A stretch of 64,000 bases of DNA from contig CP086569.2 of assembly GCA_009914755.4 (NCBI GenBank), forward strand, positions 14,656,001-14,720,000. The letters run 5' to 3'. This document shows positions 13,731 to 40,598 of this stretch, piece after piece. The DNA comes from the human T2T-CHM13v2.0 reference genome, Homo sapiens. Each line of letters opens with the position of its first letter. The first letter of the stretch is position 1. A program made the translations under genes and the position numbers. The notes beneath the pieces are model-generated. The model was not told the origin of the DNA. It searched no databases and worked only from the letters and a program-made list of their open reading frames with translations.

Positions 13731-14657
13731 GGCAGATATTCTGGCAGGCATGACATGGTTTAGCTTCTGGTTCTCAGGAAACGTTAAGGATCTGTGCTGT
13801 GTCAGACTCTGCTAAGTGCTGGAGTTGGCAGATGACCAGGCATGCACCTCCATTCCTGAGGGATTTTAGCTGGTGTTGGGCTTCTGGGGTGCACAGACAA
13901 GGGAGGCATCAGGTGGCACTAGCTCAGAGATGGGAAGCCATGAGAGGTGATGGTGGGGTAATCCAGAGCACAGTGTGTATCTAGAGCGCTGGTGCCTTAC
14001 TCTGATTCTGTCCCTTTCTACACTTAGATCTCTGCTGTATGTAACTCTGGAATTAAAACTGATGCTATGAACTCTCTTGCTTATGGGGAGATATGGACAT
14101 CCTCATTCATACTCAGAGGAGAAGGTTGCCCTGAGATCACCACAAAAGGACAGGGTTAGCCTGACAAGTTTTCATCTTCTGAATAAATGAGACCTTTTAG
14201 AGTTCTGTTAAGTTTCTCTCTCTTAAACAGAAACCTCACTTTCCTTGTGTCTTTAGCAACCCTGATTGTGAAGGTGTGTTGTGGCATGTGAGCATGATTG
14301 TATAAGTAGATGGATGGTTTTACCTGTGAGCAGAGTTGTGCAAACTTAGTTATGCTGCATCTTCTTCTTTAAATTCACATTATCCTTATTTCTGTTGGTG
14401 AGCTGGTCCTAAGGTATCCTGTTTTGGGGACTTCTTTGCAAGTAAACTTCTTTTCCTTTCTGAAGACTGTTTCTCTGCCCTCTCTCTCAGACCTTTGCCT
14501 ACATTTTGATGGTGGTGCTGCTTCAAAGAGTTTTCTGGGATGCCATGCAATTTACTCAGAACAGAGCCTCTTATTTGGCTCTACAGACATGCTGGCTGTC
14601 ATCAGGTTGAGTGAGGCCCAGAGGGTGTGCCTGGTGGTCACGATCCTGGGATTCAAA

Positions 14658-14790
14658 TATAGTGTGGTACATGCCTGTAGCCCCAGCCGCTTGAGAGGTT
14701 GAGGAGGGATGATCACAGCCCAGGAGTTCTCATCTAGCCTGGGCAACATGGTGAGACCCACATTGCTACAAAAGATAAAATAAAATGAAC
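14658..14790 (+). mobile_element. Alu fragment (right-monomer-like / FRAM-like)
   Basis: gtggtacatgcctgtagccccagccgcttgagaggttgaggagggatgatcacagcccaggagttctcatctagcctgggcaacatggtgagaccc. Confidence 0.65.
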
Positions 14791-14989
14791 AGTGTGTAAC
14801 CCTAGATCCCCAGAGCCCTACAGTCTGGTCTGAGAGACCCCTCCACCTCCAAAAAAAGAGATTTAAAAACTTAAACTTTTAATTTAATAGACTTATTCCA
14901 GTTTGTTTTGAAGTATCTAGTTCAGTAGAGCATGACATGTAGATCTCTCATGTGTGCTTTTGTTAGTTACTTACAGATTTCCTATTCTG

Positions 14990-15298
14990 GGTGGCCGTGG
15001 TGGCTCAAGCCTGTCATCCCAGTGCTTTGGGAGACTGAGATGGGAGGATCACTTGAGGTTGAAAGTTTGAGATCAGCCTGCATATCAAAGTGAGAGCCCA
15101 TATCTACAAAAAAAAAAAAAAAAAAAAAATAGGCATGGTGTTGCATGCCTCCTCTAATCCTTGCTACTTGGGAGGCTGAGGCGGAAGGATTGCTTGAGCC
15201 CAGAAGGTTGAGGCTACAGTGAGCTATGATTATGATTCAGCCTCTGAACTCCAGCTGAGGTGACAGAGAGATCTTGTCTCCTTAAAAAAAAAAAAAAA
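14990..15298 (+). mobile_element. Alu SINE, full length, with long middle and terminal poly(A)
   Basis: ggtggccgtggtggctcaagcctgtcatcccagtgctttgggagactgag...a22...ggcatggtgttgcatgcctcctctaatcc...cttgtctccttaaaaaaaaaaaaaaa. Confidence 0.9.
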
Positions 15299-17032
15299 GA
15301 TTTCTTATTTCCATATGATGCATATGATAAGATCAAGTAGAATTTTAAATTGAAATTTGAAATCCTGGATAAATATTGTGTAAGGTTAAAGAAAAAAGTA
15401 ATTTAATTTCAGAGAATGTGTTCTATTGGGAAAACATACCTGACTTTTCAGACATGCTTCTAATTCTGCAATGAACCCATTTTTCTTGGGATGAATTTTA
15501 TTTTTTTGCAAATTAAACTTTTTTTCTTGGGGTTATTGCTCTTTTGATTTGTATTACATTTAATCCTTGTGCTTCCCTACTGAACATTTTTCTCAAGTGG
15601 TTTTTCTCAAGTGGTCCTTCATTAAAACATGTGGTCTTTTGAAGTTTATATTAAAATAACCCAGAATCATGATGAATGGTTTAGAATGTAAATCAGGGCA
15701 TAATAGACAAGAGGTGCTCTAGTTTAATGAATTATTCTGCACTCTTTAATGAATAATAAATTAGCATAATGAAAAAGTGTTTATCACAAGAAAACAGTGG
15801 GACAAAAATCTGACACTTAGTAAAGTCAATTAGAAGGGGAAAAACACATACTTTTAGTCATGTTTTTACCCACTTGGACATTCCCTACTACAAATGAAGC
15901 TCAACTAAGTCCTACATCTCCTAGTTTACAAGTGTATAGCAAGGTGGATGTTTTGCTTTACCATGAAAACAACAACTTCTAGGAATTACCAGGGATATTC
16001 CAAAATGTGTTGTTAAAATGTTCAGTAGGGAAGCACATGGAAATGACAGTTTTTATCTCTGGTGCCTAGTAAGTTTTTTTCCAATTAGTTTTTTTAAATG
16101 GTAATAGTGATAATAACAATAGTTCTCAACTCATGTTATCCAGTACTCTTAATATGTGTAAGTAGTTGATAACATTAATCCTTAGCTTTTGCTTGTCAAC
16201 ATGCCAGATACCAGACAGTTATGCACCTTGTGGGAATAACTAAATATACATAACATATTGCAGCTGTCAAGCCTTGCAGCTGTCAGGCCTCTATTTTGAA
16301 AAATAATTGGGTGATGGAGAGGGCCTTTAAAGTCTGCTTTGCACTCTTTTGCTAAAGTCTACTTTTGCCTCACTGTCATCCCCAGCAAGAAATTACATGT
16401 TTCTACAGTTGCTCTATATGAAAATGGCCAGACACTGAGATGAGGCCAGGACAGCAGAGGCCAGCAAGGTCTAGACCAGCCAAATGTTGTTACCTTGAGT
16501 GTCAGTCTTGCAGAAAAAGAAACCAGCCCATGCAAAGATCAACTTAGTACTTTACAGAGAGGATTGTTCTTTTTTAGTGACTAGAATCCTGTAAGAGACT
16601 TGTAAGAGCTGAATGATGGTCTCAGTCATTTACTAGGGATGCTTAGAGGACAGACAACAAAGGGAGTCATTTGGAGTGTATTTCACGAAGTCACGTGAAG
16701 CAAAGGAAGACACATTATCTGAAGGTTAGAGTAAGCATCTCAGGCTTGCGTGGGGATCAGCCATATTTGGACAACTTGTAAAACAGCTCACTGCTCTCCA
16801 GCCCAGGAGTTTTGATTCTACTAGTGTAAGGTGTATCACCAGAATTTGCAAAAGCTTCTAGGTGAGGCTGATGTCACTGGTTCCAGTACCACACTTTGAA
16901 AGCCACTGTTTCAGTTAGTCATGATGTCAGGCTTCTCTCTGGTGCCTTTCTCTGCTTGATAAGAGGTGCCAAGTTCTAGCTTTGGAATTGTCCATTCTCC
17001 ATCCCCCAGCTTGGACATTCTTCGAGCAGTCT

Positions 17033-17082
17033 TTGTGTGTGCGTGCATGTGTGTGTGCGTGTGTGTGTTAGAGAGAGAGATA
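17033..17082. repeat. (GT)n/(GA)n compound microsatellite abutting the tail of the following Alu
   Basis: gtgtgtgcgtgcatgtgtgtgtgcgtgtgtgtgttagagagagagata. Confidence 0.85.
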
Positions 17083-17370
17083 GAGTCTCACTCTGTCGCC
17101 CAGGCTGGAGTGCAGTGGTGCAATCTCACCTCACTGCAACCTCTGCTGCCTGAGTTCATGCCATTCTCCTGACTCAGCCTCCTGAGTAAATGGGACTACA
17201 GGCACCTGCCACTACGCCTGGCCAATTTTTTTTGTAATTTTTTGTATTTTTAGTAGAGACAGAGTTTCACCCTGTTAGCCAGGATGATCTTGATCTCCTG
17301 ACCTCGTGATGCACCCTCCTCGGCCTCCCAAAGTGCTGGGATTACAGGTGTGAACCACCACTTCCAGCCC
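17083..17370 (-). mobile_element. Alu SINE, full length, minus orientation
   Basis: gagtctcactctgtcgcccaggctggagtgcagtggtgcaatctcacctcactgcaacctctg...cctcccaaagtgctgggattacaggtgtgaaccaccacttccagccc. Confidence 0.9.
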
Positions 17371-20300
17371 AAGCAGCCCTTTTTGATTCAGGTTACATAC
17401 AGTTGATTAAGTGTGACCTTACTAAGTAGAAGTCAGTGGTGGTGTCATCAGCAGAAACATCATTGTAGGCTTGCTTACAATCAGTAGGCTCATTTGTCGA
17501 ATGAGAGGGCTAGAGTTACTGTCTGGCTGCCATCTTTTGAAACATGAGTTTTGATTCCAACTTGTTGATGGATGAAAAAGCCTTTATCAATTCTTCTGAA
17601 CATAAGTGTTCAGGGAATATAGGTTTAGGATGAAGAACCCTTCTCCTGGGAGAGAATGGGTCATTAGTAATCAAGGTCTAGGTATGAAGCAAAGGTCAGC
17701 AGCATAAAGCTGAGGGTCTCAGCAAAGGGTGCAACATTTTTAAGAGTAGACTGTTTACACCTAGAGAGAATTGTGTGCTTGGCCAAATTACCTCATCATG
17801 ACTGTGTGGTTTTTCCATGCTTATTCAAACAATTGCTTTTAACCAAAACCAGACTACATGAGTCTAAACAGTTTACATTATGTATAACAAATACCTCCTT
17901 AGGATGCACCCACATGCTATAAGATTGAAGTACTTTATGAAAGCAAAAAACATTGTCAGTGAGATGGACATATGGGTTGCTACAAAACACCAAGTTCTCA
18001 CATTTGGTGGGAGGTGGCAAGGAGGCCAAAGTGAAAAAATAAACAGTTAGTGACTTGAAGCAATCTGGAAAAAAACAAACATGAACATATTAAGGCAGAG
18101 GTTCTTAATTGGGTTGCAGGTTGAAGCGTGGTTGAAACGACATAGTATTTGTCCTGTGGCTTTAATTTATTTTAGCCACTTTTCTGGATTAATAGTGTAC
18201 CCCTAAATCCATACATTGATGTCCTTACCCCTAGTACCTCAGAAAGTGGCCTTAATTGGACATACGGTCATTGAAAATGTGATTAGTTAAGATGAGTCAT
18301 TCTGTAGGAGGGTGGGCCCCTAATCCAATATGACAGGTGTCCTTATAGAAAGAGGAAATTTTAACACAGACATCCAGAGAAGTGAGGACATGGATGTGAA
18401 GGTTGGAATGCTGCCACAAGGCAAAGAACTAGCAGAAGCTCAAAGAAAATCATGCAGCAGATCTTCCCCTAGGGCCTTTCAGAGAGAGCATGGTCTTGTG
18501 ATACTTTTGTATCGTAATTCAGAGAAATTTATTGTCTCCAGAACTGAGAGACAATAAGTTTTTGCTGTTTCAGCCCCCTGGATTGTGGTACTTTGTCATG
18601 GCAGCCATAGGAAACTGAAACTGAAGTTTAAATTATACTAAAAATAGCATTTGACAGTATTGGATTTTCATTTTCTCCAGTGGGGTTTTGATATGTGAAT
18701 CTAATTTAGTGTAACCCTGTATTAAACAACTGTATGCATTCTATGCTTTACATGGATATTATGCCTTTGCAAATACTTGAAACAACCGTATGTTGTAGAA
18801 ATTAATTAGGCTGCTCTTATTTATAAGAAACTGGAAACCATTTTATTTATCGTTGCATCAAAACTTACTGCAAAATTTTAGAATTCTGACTTCTCCATGG
18901 CTAATCCCATGATTAATTGGGATTAATCAACCTCTAGGTGGACTCCAGATCTCTCTGAGACCTTCTTCTACGTTATTGAAAGTCACTCCTTGTGTTCAAA
19001 ACATTCACATCAATGAACTTGGCATCTTGACAGTTAGACTACAGCCTTGACCTTAGATGGTCTTCTTCATAGACATCTCTGTGATTATCTTGTAAAGACT
19101 TTATTCTACTCATTTGAGAAAAGAAGATATTAATTTTTCTGAGAGCTTACCACCATGATGGATGAGTAGGAGCCTGGCATGTGAAATAAAACCTTTGACT
19201 TTAAGTAAGGTGTACTTACTATTGAAATATTATTTTGTTTGAACCAGTAATATTCTGTACATTTTTAGACTTCCTGAGCCCTAATTGACTCATCTACAAA
19301 GGGTGACTGCTGAATTTGAATTGCTATTAACTTGCAATTCTCAGGATATAGAATTTTCCTCTGACTCTTGTCTTGCCACTATTGCAGATGGCTTTCATAT
19401 GTTATTCAAATACATGACCACTAAGTTGATGATCCCAGAGAGCTTCAGGTATGTTAATTTTGAGGTTTAGTGCCATTTTTGAACACTTAGATTTCTCCTC
19501 CAACCTCATTCTTTACTTTCGTTTCTCCCCATACATTAGTGGGAATTCTAAATTCCCCACTACATGGTCATTTCCATGATGTGGTTTGTGTCATCAACTT
19601 GGTCCTGCCCTTGAGTATTATGGAATTTAGCAATGTATGTGTGATCTTCCTTCTTCACACTCAGGCAGGATGGTCCCTGTGTTGTGTTTTTCTCTTCTGG
19701 TTTTGATATTTTCCTTTGGCATGGTAAATGTGTTGGAGAGAGTTGATAGAGGAATTAGTTAATTAGAGAATAATATACCAGCAGGCAGAAAATCTGAAAG
19801 TTGATCACATGCACCTCCTTACACCTTTACTCTTGAATGGCTTTGAGAGATTTCACTAGGAATTCAGAATGGAAAAGTCAGTGTGGCCAGGTAGCATGTT
19901 ACAGGGACACTGTAGCCTCTTTCTCTTGGAAAGTTCTTAGTATTGAGACAATGACTTGTCATTAATGAGTTACATTTGTCTGGTTTTCAGCAAGAAGATG
20001 GATTGAATGGCCCTCAAAGACCTTCTCTGAGTTGTAATAATACGGTATCATCTGAGTCAGAATGCTACCGTTTACAAACATTTTGAGTGGGTATTTGGAA
20101 TCACGTGTTGGGTCCCTTTTCTTATCCTGGTTTTGTTTAGAGAGCAGTCTTTGTGAGATTCAAATAGATCTTACACCTTGCCAGAGACTGAAATGCCCAT
20201 TGATGAAAATACTTTGCACAGAAGGACTGCTGCTGAGGTGGAAGTTCTCAGAGAGCTCTGGAATCCTATTTGGCTCATGTGATTAACTGTAAAGTCAGAA

Positions 20301-20534
20301 TTTCAAAAGCCCTCAATAAATATATAACACAAACAATGGTTTTCAATCATTTGTGCATAAGAGCAGCCATTAGGTACTACCTTTCCTAAGGTGAGTAAGG
20401 TTAAATCCTGAAGTAGCTAAGAAACGTTGCAAGTCATGGTTTTAACTGTCTGTGCAACTTCAGTTTCTGCTAAGATTTTTCTTGATGAATTTTCAGTTAT
20501 ATTTATTTATAAAAAATCCTATATTAAGAATCCA

Positions 20535-20847
<313 letters not shown>

Positions 20848-21016
20848 AATCCAACAGCTACAACAGTTAAGGAAATAAAAGAACTAAGACTACAAAACTC
20901 TTCTAGTCATTACGTATCACCTAAAGTACACTATAGCCAGTTGTAAATTTCCATCATGTCATAGTCTTTGCAGATAACCATGGTGAAGAATGTCCCTGGA
21001 GGTGAAGGTGGCAAGT

Positions 21017-21075
21017 AAGCTGTAATCTCACCACTGCACTCCAGCCTCGGCGACAGAGTGAGACCCTGTCTAAAA
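21017..21075 (+). mobile_element. Alu 3'-end fragment
   Basis: taatctcaccactgcactccagcctcggcgacagagtgagaccctgtctaaaaaaa. Confidence 0.7.
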
Positions 21076-21316
21076 AAATATTAATAATAATAGTAATGTC
21101 ATTCAGAGTCATGTAAAATTGTTTTCTTTCTGTGTTGGTCTTGCATTTTTTTCTTCTTTGAAGATGATTTTCTTTGTTTTTTTTTTTTTCAGACTTTTTG
21201 TCTTTATTAGTGGTTGACAGGGGCTGGGGAGGGAGGAATGAAAAATGATTGCTAATAGATATAGGGTTTCTTTTAGGGGTGACAAAATGTTATAAAGTTA
21301 GATAGTGGTGATTATT

Positions 21317-27361
<6,045 letters not shown>

Positions 27362-27458
27362 ATAGTGGTGATTATTGCACACCTTGTGAATATATTATAA
27401 ACCGCTGATGTACATATCTTAAAAGAGCATATTTTATGGTATGTGAATTATATCTCAA

Positions 27459-33603
<6,145 letters not shown>

Positions 33604-34794
33604 ATGATGATTTTCATTCTTCACAAGAACTTTGAAACGGAGTTGACATTTTTTTTAAAGACATTTCTGTTGTATCTTTCAACTCTCTGGCAGTCAGCTT
33701 AGCACTAAAGTTCTTTTTAAAACTACAGGTGAAAAATAACTGCTGGTTACATTGAAACAATATATTCTTCTTGGATGAATATCTTTGAAAAATACAATTA
33801 TTTTATTTTCAGGAAAAGTACATCAATCTGGACTGAAGTTATAATGCACCTTAAGGGTTCTAGGACCTGCCCTTCCCACCCCGCAGATACCAAAATCTGA
33901 AGATTCTCAAGTTGTTGATATAAAATGGTGTGGCATTTTCACATAACCTGCAAATACCCTCTTATATATTTTAAATTATTTATACATTACTTACATCTAA
34001 TACAATGCAAATGCTATGTAAACAGCTATTACACTATTATTTAGGGAATGATGATAAGAAAAGTCTGGCATTTGCTGTTCTATGAATTTTCTTTTGGTGG
34101 CTTTATGCACTGTATAAAAATATAATTAGTATTATTATTTCTTAAATAATGTGTATTTGATCCAAAATACAAGCTTTTTTCAGTTTTTGATGTTATCATG
34201 CCAATCTTCTGGATATTTACTTCATGGGAAACAAAATAAGCTTCCTAAAATGTCCACCCAGAGAACCTGAAACATTTCACCAGCTCAATCTATTTATGTC
34301 ATTCTTTCCAGCTCTTCAGGACCTAAACACTAACGTGTAAATTCCTTTTATGTCTCTCTATTGCTTTCACTTATGTCTTTGATCAGTGCCATTTGTGAAA
34401 ACAATTTGCTCTGTGACAGGCACACTGCCACTTGCCAGAGAACCAATGGCAAGCACATGTTAGGGTAGGCACTGCTTCCAAAGCTTTTGCAGGCTGGGCG
34501 ACAGTTGATCATTACTATTAAAACAACACACACAATTTGCACTTGTCCACTGTGTGACAGAGTGCCTGGGAGATGTGCAAGATGCTATAAGAGCAAGCAA
34601 CAGAGGTATCTGTGGTAGTCAGGGTGATGGGATCTGGGAAGGCTTCTTGGACAAAGTGGCATTTTCTTTGAAGAAAGGACTCTACAGGAAGGCTGGTTGT
34701 CTAGAGACAAGTGTATTTCTATATGGTCAAAATTTTTTTTCCTATAGAATTCCATTAAATGAGAAATATTTATACAACACAGAGAGACATTTTT

Positions 34795-34955
34795 TTCTTT
34801 TCTTTTCTGAGACAAAATTTCGCTGTTGTCGCCCCAGCCGGAGTGCAGTAGTGTGATGTTGGCTCACTGAAACCTCCACTTCCCAGGTTCAAGCGATTCT
34901 CCTGCCTCACCCTTCCAAAGTACTGGGATGACAGCATGAGTCACCATGCCCAGCC
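34795..34955 (-). mobile_element. Alu fragment with internal deletion, minus orientation
   Basis: ttttctgagacaaaatttcgctgttgtcgccccagccggagtgcagtagtgtgatgttggctcactgaaacctccacttcccaggttcaagcgattctcctgcctca..ccaaagtactgggatgacagcatgagtcaccatgcccagcc. Confidence 0.8.
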
Positions 34956-36204
34956 AAGACATTTTTCCTCGGTTAATGAAAAGACTTTTTACTGAGGATA
35001 TTCCGTAACATTTGAAAGAAATCTTATGTACAACAGATATATGAAGAAAGACTTCCCCGTGAACCTTTTAAATAGACTTTTTATTTTTTAGAGCAATTTT
35101 AGGTTCACAGCAATTGAGCAGAAAGTACAGAGAATATCCACATACTCTGCACCCACCATGCACAGCTTCTCCCATTACCAACATCCCCCACCAGAGTGGG
35201 ATATTTGTGACAATGGATGAACCTACATTGACACATCATCATCATCAGGGTCTGTAGTTTACATACACTTCACTCTTGGTGTTGTATGGTCTATGGGTTT
35301 GGACAAATATATAATGACTTGTATCCATAGTTCCATATATCCCTAGTTCCATGTATTGCTTTAAAATAACTTAAACCAAGCGTGGACACAAAATTGTCCA
35401 TTCAGGGTCACAGGCAATTACTTGTAGTGTCAAAGCATTGATTGGTATCTGAAGAAGGACTTCCCCTGGGGCAGAGTGTTGAAATGTATTGGATTCTTAC
35501 ATTTTTTGATTGCTTTTCTGCTCAAAGAGCACCACATGTAAGTAATGTAGGTGTATTGTGGTGGAATAATGTCATGCACACCTGGACTAAACAAAGTGGC
35601 CAGCATTTATTGGGGGCTTACTGGCATCCCTGATGCTAGTGAGCAGGGTTCTTAGAAGTTCTTAGTGGAGATAAATAGTATAACACCTGATGATTGATAC
35701 AGGTAAAAGCACAGAATGGCTTCAAAACCTTGGCATGGAGGCAATTATTTTAAGAAAAACAGGAAACTCAAAATCCAAAAAGGAACTAGGGATGCATTTT
35801 GAGGGAAAATATATAAGTGCATGCATAGCTATGTGCGTCTGTGTGTGTGTGCATATAAAATCTCCTTGTGGAAAAACATCATGAATAAATGCAAAAGATG
35901 AATGAAGTGCTGGAGAATTTTTGCAATAGACAAATGATCATTTAACTTAAGTGGTACTAATACTTGCTAAAGTTGATTTTAACATATTGAACAATCCACA
36001 ATAGATATGGTAAAAGAGACAGACTATAGATGGTAAAGGAAAACAAATGCCCAGTCAGATAAAATTAAAGCAAAATGCTAATATGATTGCCCACTCATCA
36101 TGTTGGCAAATGTTGAAACATTGCTATCACCCAAGGAAAAAACAGGATGGAAAGGCCTTCCCTTTTTTATTGCAAATTTTAATTGTATTTTAGTATTTGC
36201 TTAA

Positions 36205-36600
<396 letters not shown>

Positions 36601-36692
36601 TAGGGTATTATCCATTGTGAGTTGGGAGACATTAAGTCAAGGATTACTCCACAATGGCTAAAGACAATGCTAATGGCAAATGATAACATAAT

Positions 36693-36865
36693 CAGATGGT
36701 TTCTGCTAGCTTTGCCCACTATTCCAGCCTAGCATAACCTGAATTAAAAGATCTCAGCCAGAGAAAAAACATGAACAAAATCTTAGTTATGTGGAATGCA
36801 GAAATTCTAATGTTCAAGATAAAGAATCATAGTCCAAAAATTTGTTACGTCACTTCAGTAATAAC
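36693..36865 (+). repeat. Copy A of a roughly 170-bp dispersed direct repeat (unclassified)
   Basis: tttctgctagctttgcccactattccagcctagcataacctgaattaaaagatctcagccagagaaaaaacatgaacaaaatcttagttatgtggaatgcagaaattctaatgttcaagataaagaatcatagtccaaaaatttgttac; about 90% identical to copy B. Confidence 0.8.
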
Positions 36866-37361
36866 TAAGGATTTAAAAAATCGTGTGCTAAACATTTTGA
36901 TAAGTACTTTACATGGATTATCTTTTTAATCATTCCAAGCAGCCTATGACATGCTGTCTTCACTAATTTTAAAAAATCATTCTAATCATAATAATCATTT
37001 ATGCTTGCTTGCCATTGCCCCAAATATTTCTTTGTAATGACGGAGTTTTTCATTTTTTTGATTAGTAGAATATTTTACTTGAATGAAAATATCTTGGTCA
37101 AGGCAATGCACTGATATTAATTCCCAATTTAAAATATTGGTTTCCTTCTGATTTTGATGGGTGTGTATAGGTCAATAGTATGTGGAGCACTGAATTCCAG
37201 GAAAGAAGAAAAATCCGTGTGGGGCAGGGCAGGGGGGTTTACATTTTGAAGGGGAGGTTGGGCAGCTGAAGACAATCTCTGCTGCATCCTTTGTGCTTTT
37301 GTTGTTGAAATTTGGCCATTCAACCTACACAGTAGAAGGGAACGAAAGAAAGCTAATCAAG

Positions 37362-37731
37362 GTGTTTATTAGTCTGTTCTCACACTACTGATAAAGACAT
37401 ACCTGAAACTGGGTAATTTATAAAGAAAAAGAGGTTTCATGGACTCACAGTTCCGCATGGCTAAGGAGGCCTCACAATCATGGTGGAAGGTGAAAGAGGA
37501 GCAAAGGCATGTCTTACATGGTGGCAGGCAAGAGAGTGTGTGTGGGGGGGAAACTGCCCTTTATAAAACTATCAGATCTCATGAGATTTATTCAGTATCA
37601 CAAGAATAGCATGGGAAAAACCCACCCCCAGGATTCAGTTATCTCCCACAGGGTCCTTCCCACATCACATGGCAATTGTGGGAACTACAGTTCAAGATGA
37701 GATTTGGGTGGGGACACAGCCAAACCATAAC
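37362..37731 (-). mobile_element. THE1-type MaLR solo LTR, minus orientation
   Basis: tgtttattagtctgttctcacactactgataaagacatacctgaaactgggtaatttataaag...ctcacagttccgcatggctaaggaggcctcacaatcatggtggaaggtgaaag...ggaactacagttcaagatgagatttgggtggggacacagccaaaccataaca is the reverse complement of the THE1 consensus (TGATATGGTTTGGCTGTGTCCCCACCCAAATCTCATCTTGAATTGTAG...TATTAGCAGTGTGAGAACGGACTAATACA). Confidence 0.85.
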
Positions 37732-40429
37732 AAGGTGTGTCCTGCACAGGGCTTCTCAGGACTCTAATTCTCTAATTTTGTTTTAATTAACTCTTTAATA
37801 TTTGCGAAATTAAAAAAAAAAATATTTCCAGAGATAACATCTTCTGTAATGAAAATCCTGCAATCTACTTTCTGTCCTTTTACCTGATCTCCCCTCCTAT
37901 TCATTACTCCATCCCATCCATCTGAACTGCTGCTTCCTCAACATACATTATTTAGGACTGTTGGACCAATCTTCGTCTCTCCTTTCAAGGTTATAAATCT
38001 GGAAATTCCTTCAAAATTGAGTGTGCATCTTGCTCCTTTCTTCACCTGTGGCTTTACCTGTTGGGTTATTTACCACTGAGGTTAATCACTGGCTTTGTCA
38101 CTCTGCATATTTTACTTGATTTCCCTAACTACAGGTTTCTTAATTGTAAAATGAATAAATGAAACCTATGTCATTTTGTGGGATGATTACATAGGGTGAG
38201 TATGTAAAATATCAAGGCACATATCTGCCACATAGATTTGGTCACTATAATAATAATAATAATTATAGTCAAGGTATATTGCTGCATTAGTGATATTTTT
38301 GTCAACCTATTGACAACGGTTGCCATGCCTACTTTTGGAACCCCAGGCAACAGTTGCCATGTCTACTTTGGGAACTTCAGTCACCCTTCCATGCCCTCAG
38401 AAATGTGCCTTCTGTATGAAGACCAAATGCTGCACTCCCTTGCTAATGTGATACAGACAGGTAAAGAGGAAAAATAGAGTCTTGTCCCCAGGAAACAGCC
38501 TAGTTGATCAATGAAGACACAGACAAAAATAAAGTATATCATTCAGCAGGAAAGGGTGTGATAAGACCCCAAAGAGGAAGACAGTAAGTGCAGAGATAGC
38601 TGAGGGTCCCCTGATCTCATCCAGAGATAAGATCCTGCTCTTCTGCCTAGGAAGAGAAACATCTGGAAGGGAAGGAGGTCTCATTTGTGCCCATGTCAAG
38701 GATTCTAGACCAAGGAGCAGGACCCCGCTGACCTGACTCAAGAAGACTCAAAGCCTTCAAACCAAGATGGTGCTGAAAAAGACCTTCAGGAACTGGCTTT
38801 GACCTAGTTCCAAGGTCTGAGGCTGTCCACTTCAGCCCTGAGTCTCTTTAGAATGTGCCTCATTGCTTCCCATTACTGGATGGAGAGGAGCTTGGAACCC
38901 TCAAGTTGAGTCCAGGATGTGCTCAGACAGGTGTGGTCCTTGGAAGTCCCGGCAGGAGCTAACACTGCACAGGGGAAGCAGGGGAAGTTTTAACTATGAA
39001 ACCCCTCTAGCATATAGCCCTAATATTTGTTTCTTCTCAGCCTTAACTCCCAATAATTCCTTCACATACCTAGGGTTTTAGCCAATCATATGAACCTACA
39101 CACTGGGCAGCAAGCTGAGAGTGGCCATCATGTAGGAAATTCTGCAGAGCTGCTCTGCCCCAGCCCCCAGCATCCACATGCTGTGCTGCTCAATGCCTAG
39201 CCCTTTCTTTTTGCAGTTGTCACCCTGTTTATGACCATGCCCCTCTGTGAACTTTTAGCTTGTTACCAAGCCAATGGCTCCCTTTATAAAACCTCAATTT
39301 TATAAAAGGGAATATTATGCCCTATTAAATATGTTCTCTTAACACTTCATTTTCCAGTGATTAAAACGTGCCTACCATTTGTCCAGCGCTAGCCTCTGCC
39401 CAATTGAATTACTTCTCTCATGTAATCCCTGCCAAAAATTGTAGTGAAATCCACCCCAGGCTGTTTGTAATGCGTCTCCAGCTTCAGTCCTTGCTTGTTT
39501 CGATGAGGGGCATGGACGTGGGGGAAAAGATGAGGGCCCAGGTGTGGACGTACACAACTCAGTAGGTGGTGTGTAGGTTCTTAGGAGACTGGCTAAAATC
39601 CTGAGAATGTGTAGGAATTATTGGGAGTTAAGGCTGAGAAGGAGTAAAAAGTAGGGCTATATGGTCGAGGGGTTTCATACTTAAAGCATTCATATGGGGC
39701 TGAGATCTTTTAAGCCAGTAATCTTCACATTGAAGAAGAAGATTGCCAATTCTATAGAGTTGAGATTTATTTAGTGGTTTGGGGGATCCTATAATTAAAC
39801 CATTATTGGGAAGGGACATATTCAGATATATTATTGGCAGTGGATGGGCACAATGTGGTATATTCATATAGCTGAATCTGACGGTCAAAAAAGATGAAGT
39901 ACTAATATATACTGCAATGTACATGAAGCAAGATTGCTGTAGCATTTAGCATCAAGAAGGCAACACATATTGTATAATTTCGTTTATATAAAATGCCCAG
40001 AAGAGGCAAATAGATAAAGACAGAAAGTAGATTAGTGTTTGCCAGGGTAAGGCAAATAGTGGGAAGACAGAATGGGAGTGACTACAAATAGGTCCAGGTT
40101 TCTTTTTGGGCTGATGAAAATGTTCTACAATTAGATAGTGGTGATGGTTGCATAGCTTTCTGAATATACTCAAATTGTACAGTTTAAATGAGTGCATTTT
40201 GTGAATTGTATCTCAATAAACTTGTTATTAAAGTATTTTCTAAAAGATTTTTTTGATTCAATTTTCTTTTCTCATAACTGCAAACACATGTCATCTTGCT
40301 GTATCGATACTGGTATCCTTCATATTAAAATTTTAGACGTTCAAACATAGGAAATGGGTGATTTTATCTCATTTCCACCTTGAACTTCAGAGAACTAGAG
40401 GTCATGACATCTTAGCTGTTGGGTGATGT

Positions 40430-40598
40430 TTTCTGCTAGCTTTACCACGTATTCCAGCCTAGCATAACCTGACTTAAGAGATCCCAACCAGAGAAAAATA
40501 CATGACCAAAATCTTAGTTATGTGGAATGCAGAAATCCTAATGTTCAAGATAATGAATTACAGTCCAAAAATTTGTTACATACTGAGTGTATCTATTG
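40430..40598 (+). repeat. Copy B of the roughly 170-bp dispersed direct repeat
   Basis: ttttctgctagctttaccacgtattccagcctagcataacctgacttaagagatcccaaccagagaaaaatacatgaccaaaatcttagttatgtggaatgcagaaatcctaatgttcaagataatgaattacagtccaaaaatttgttac. Confidence 0.8.
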
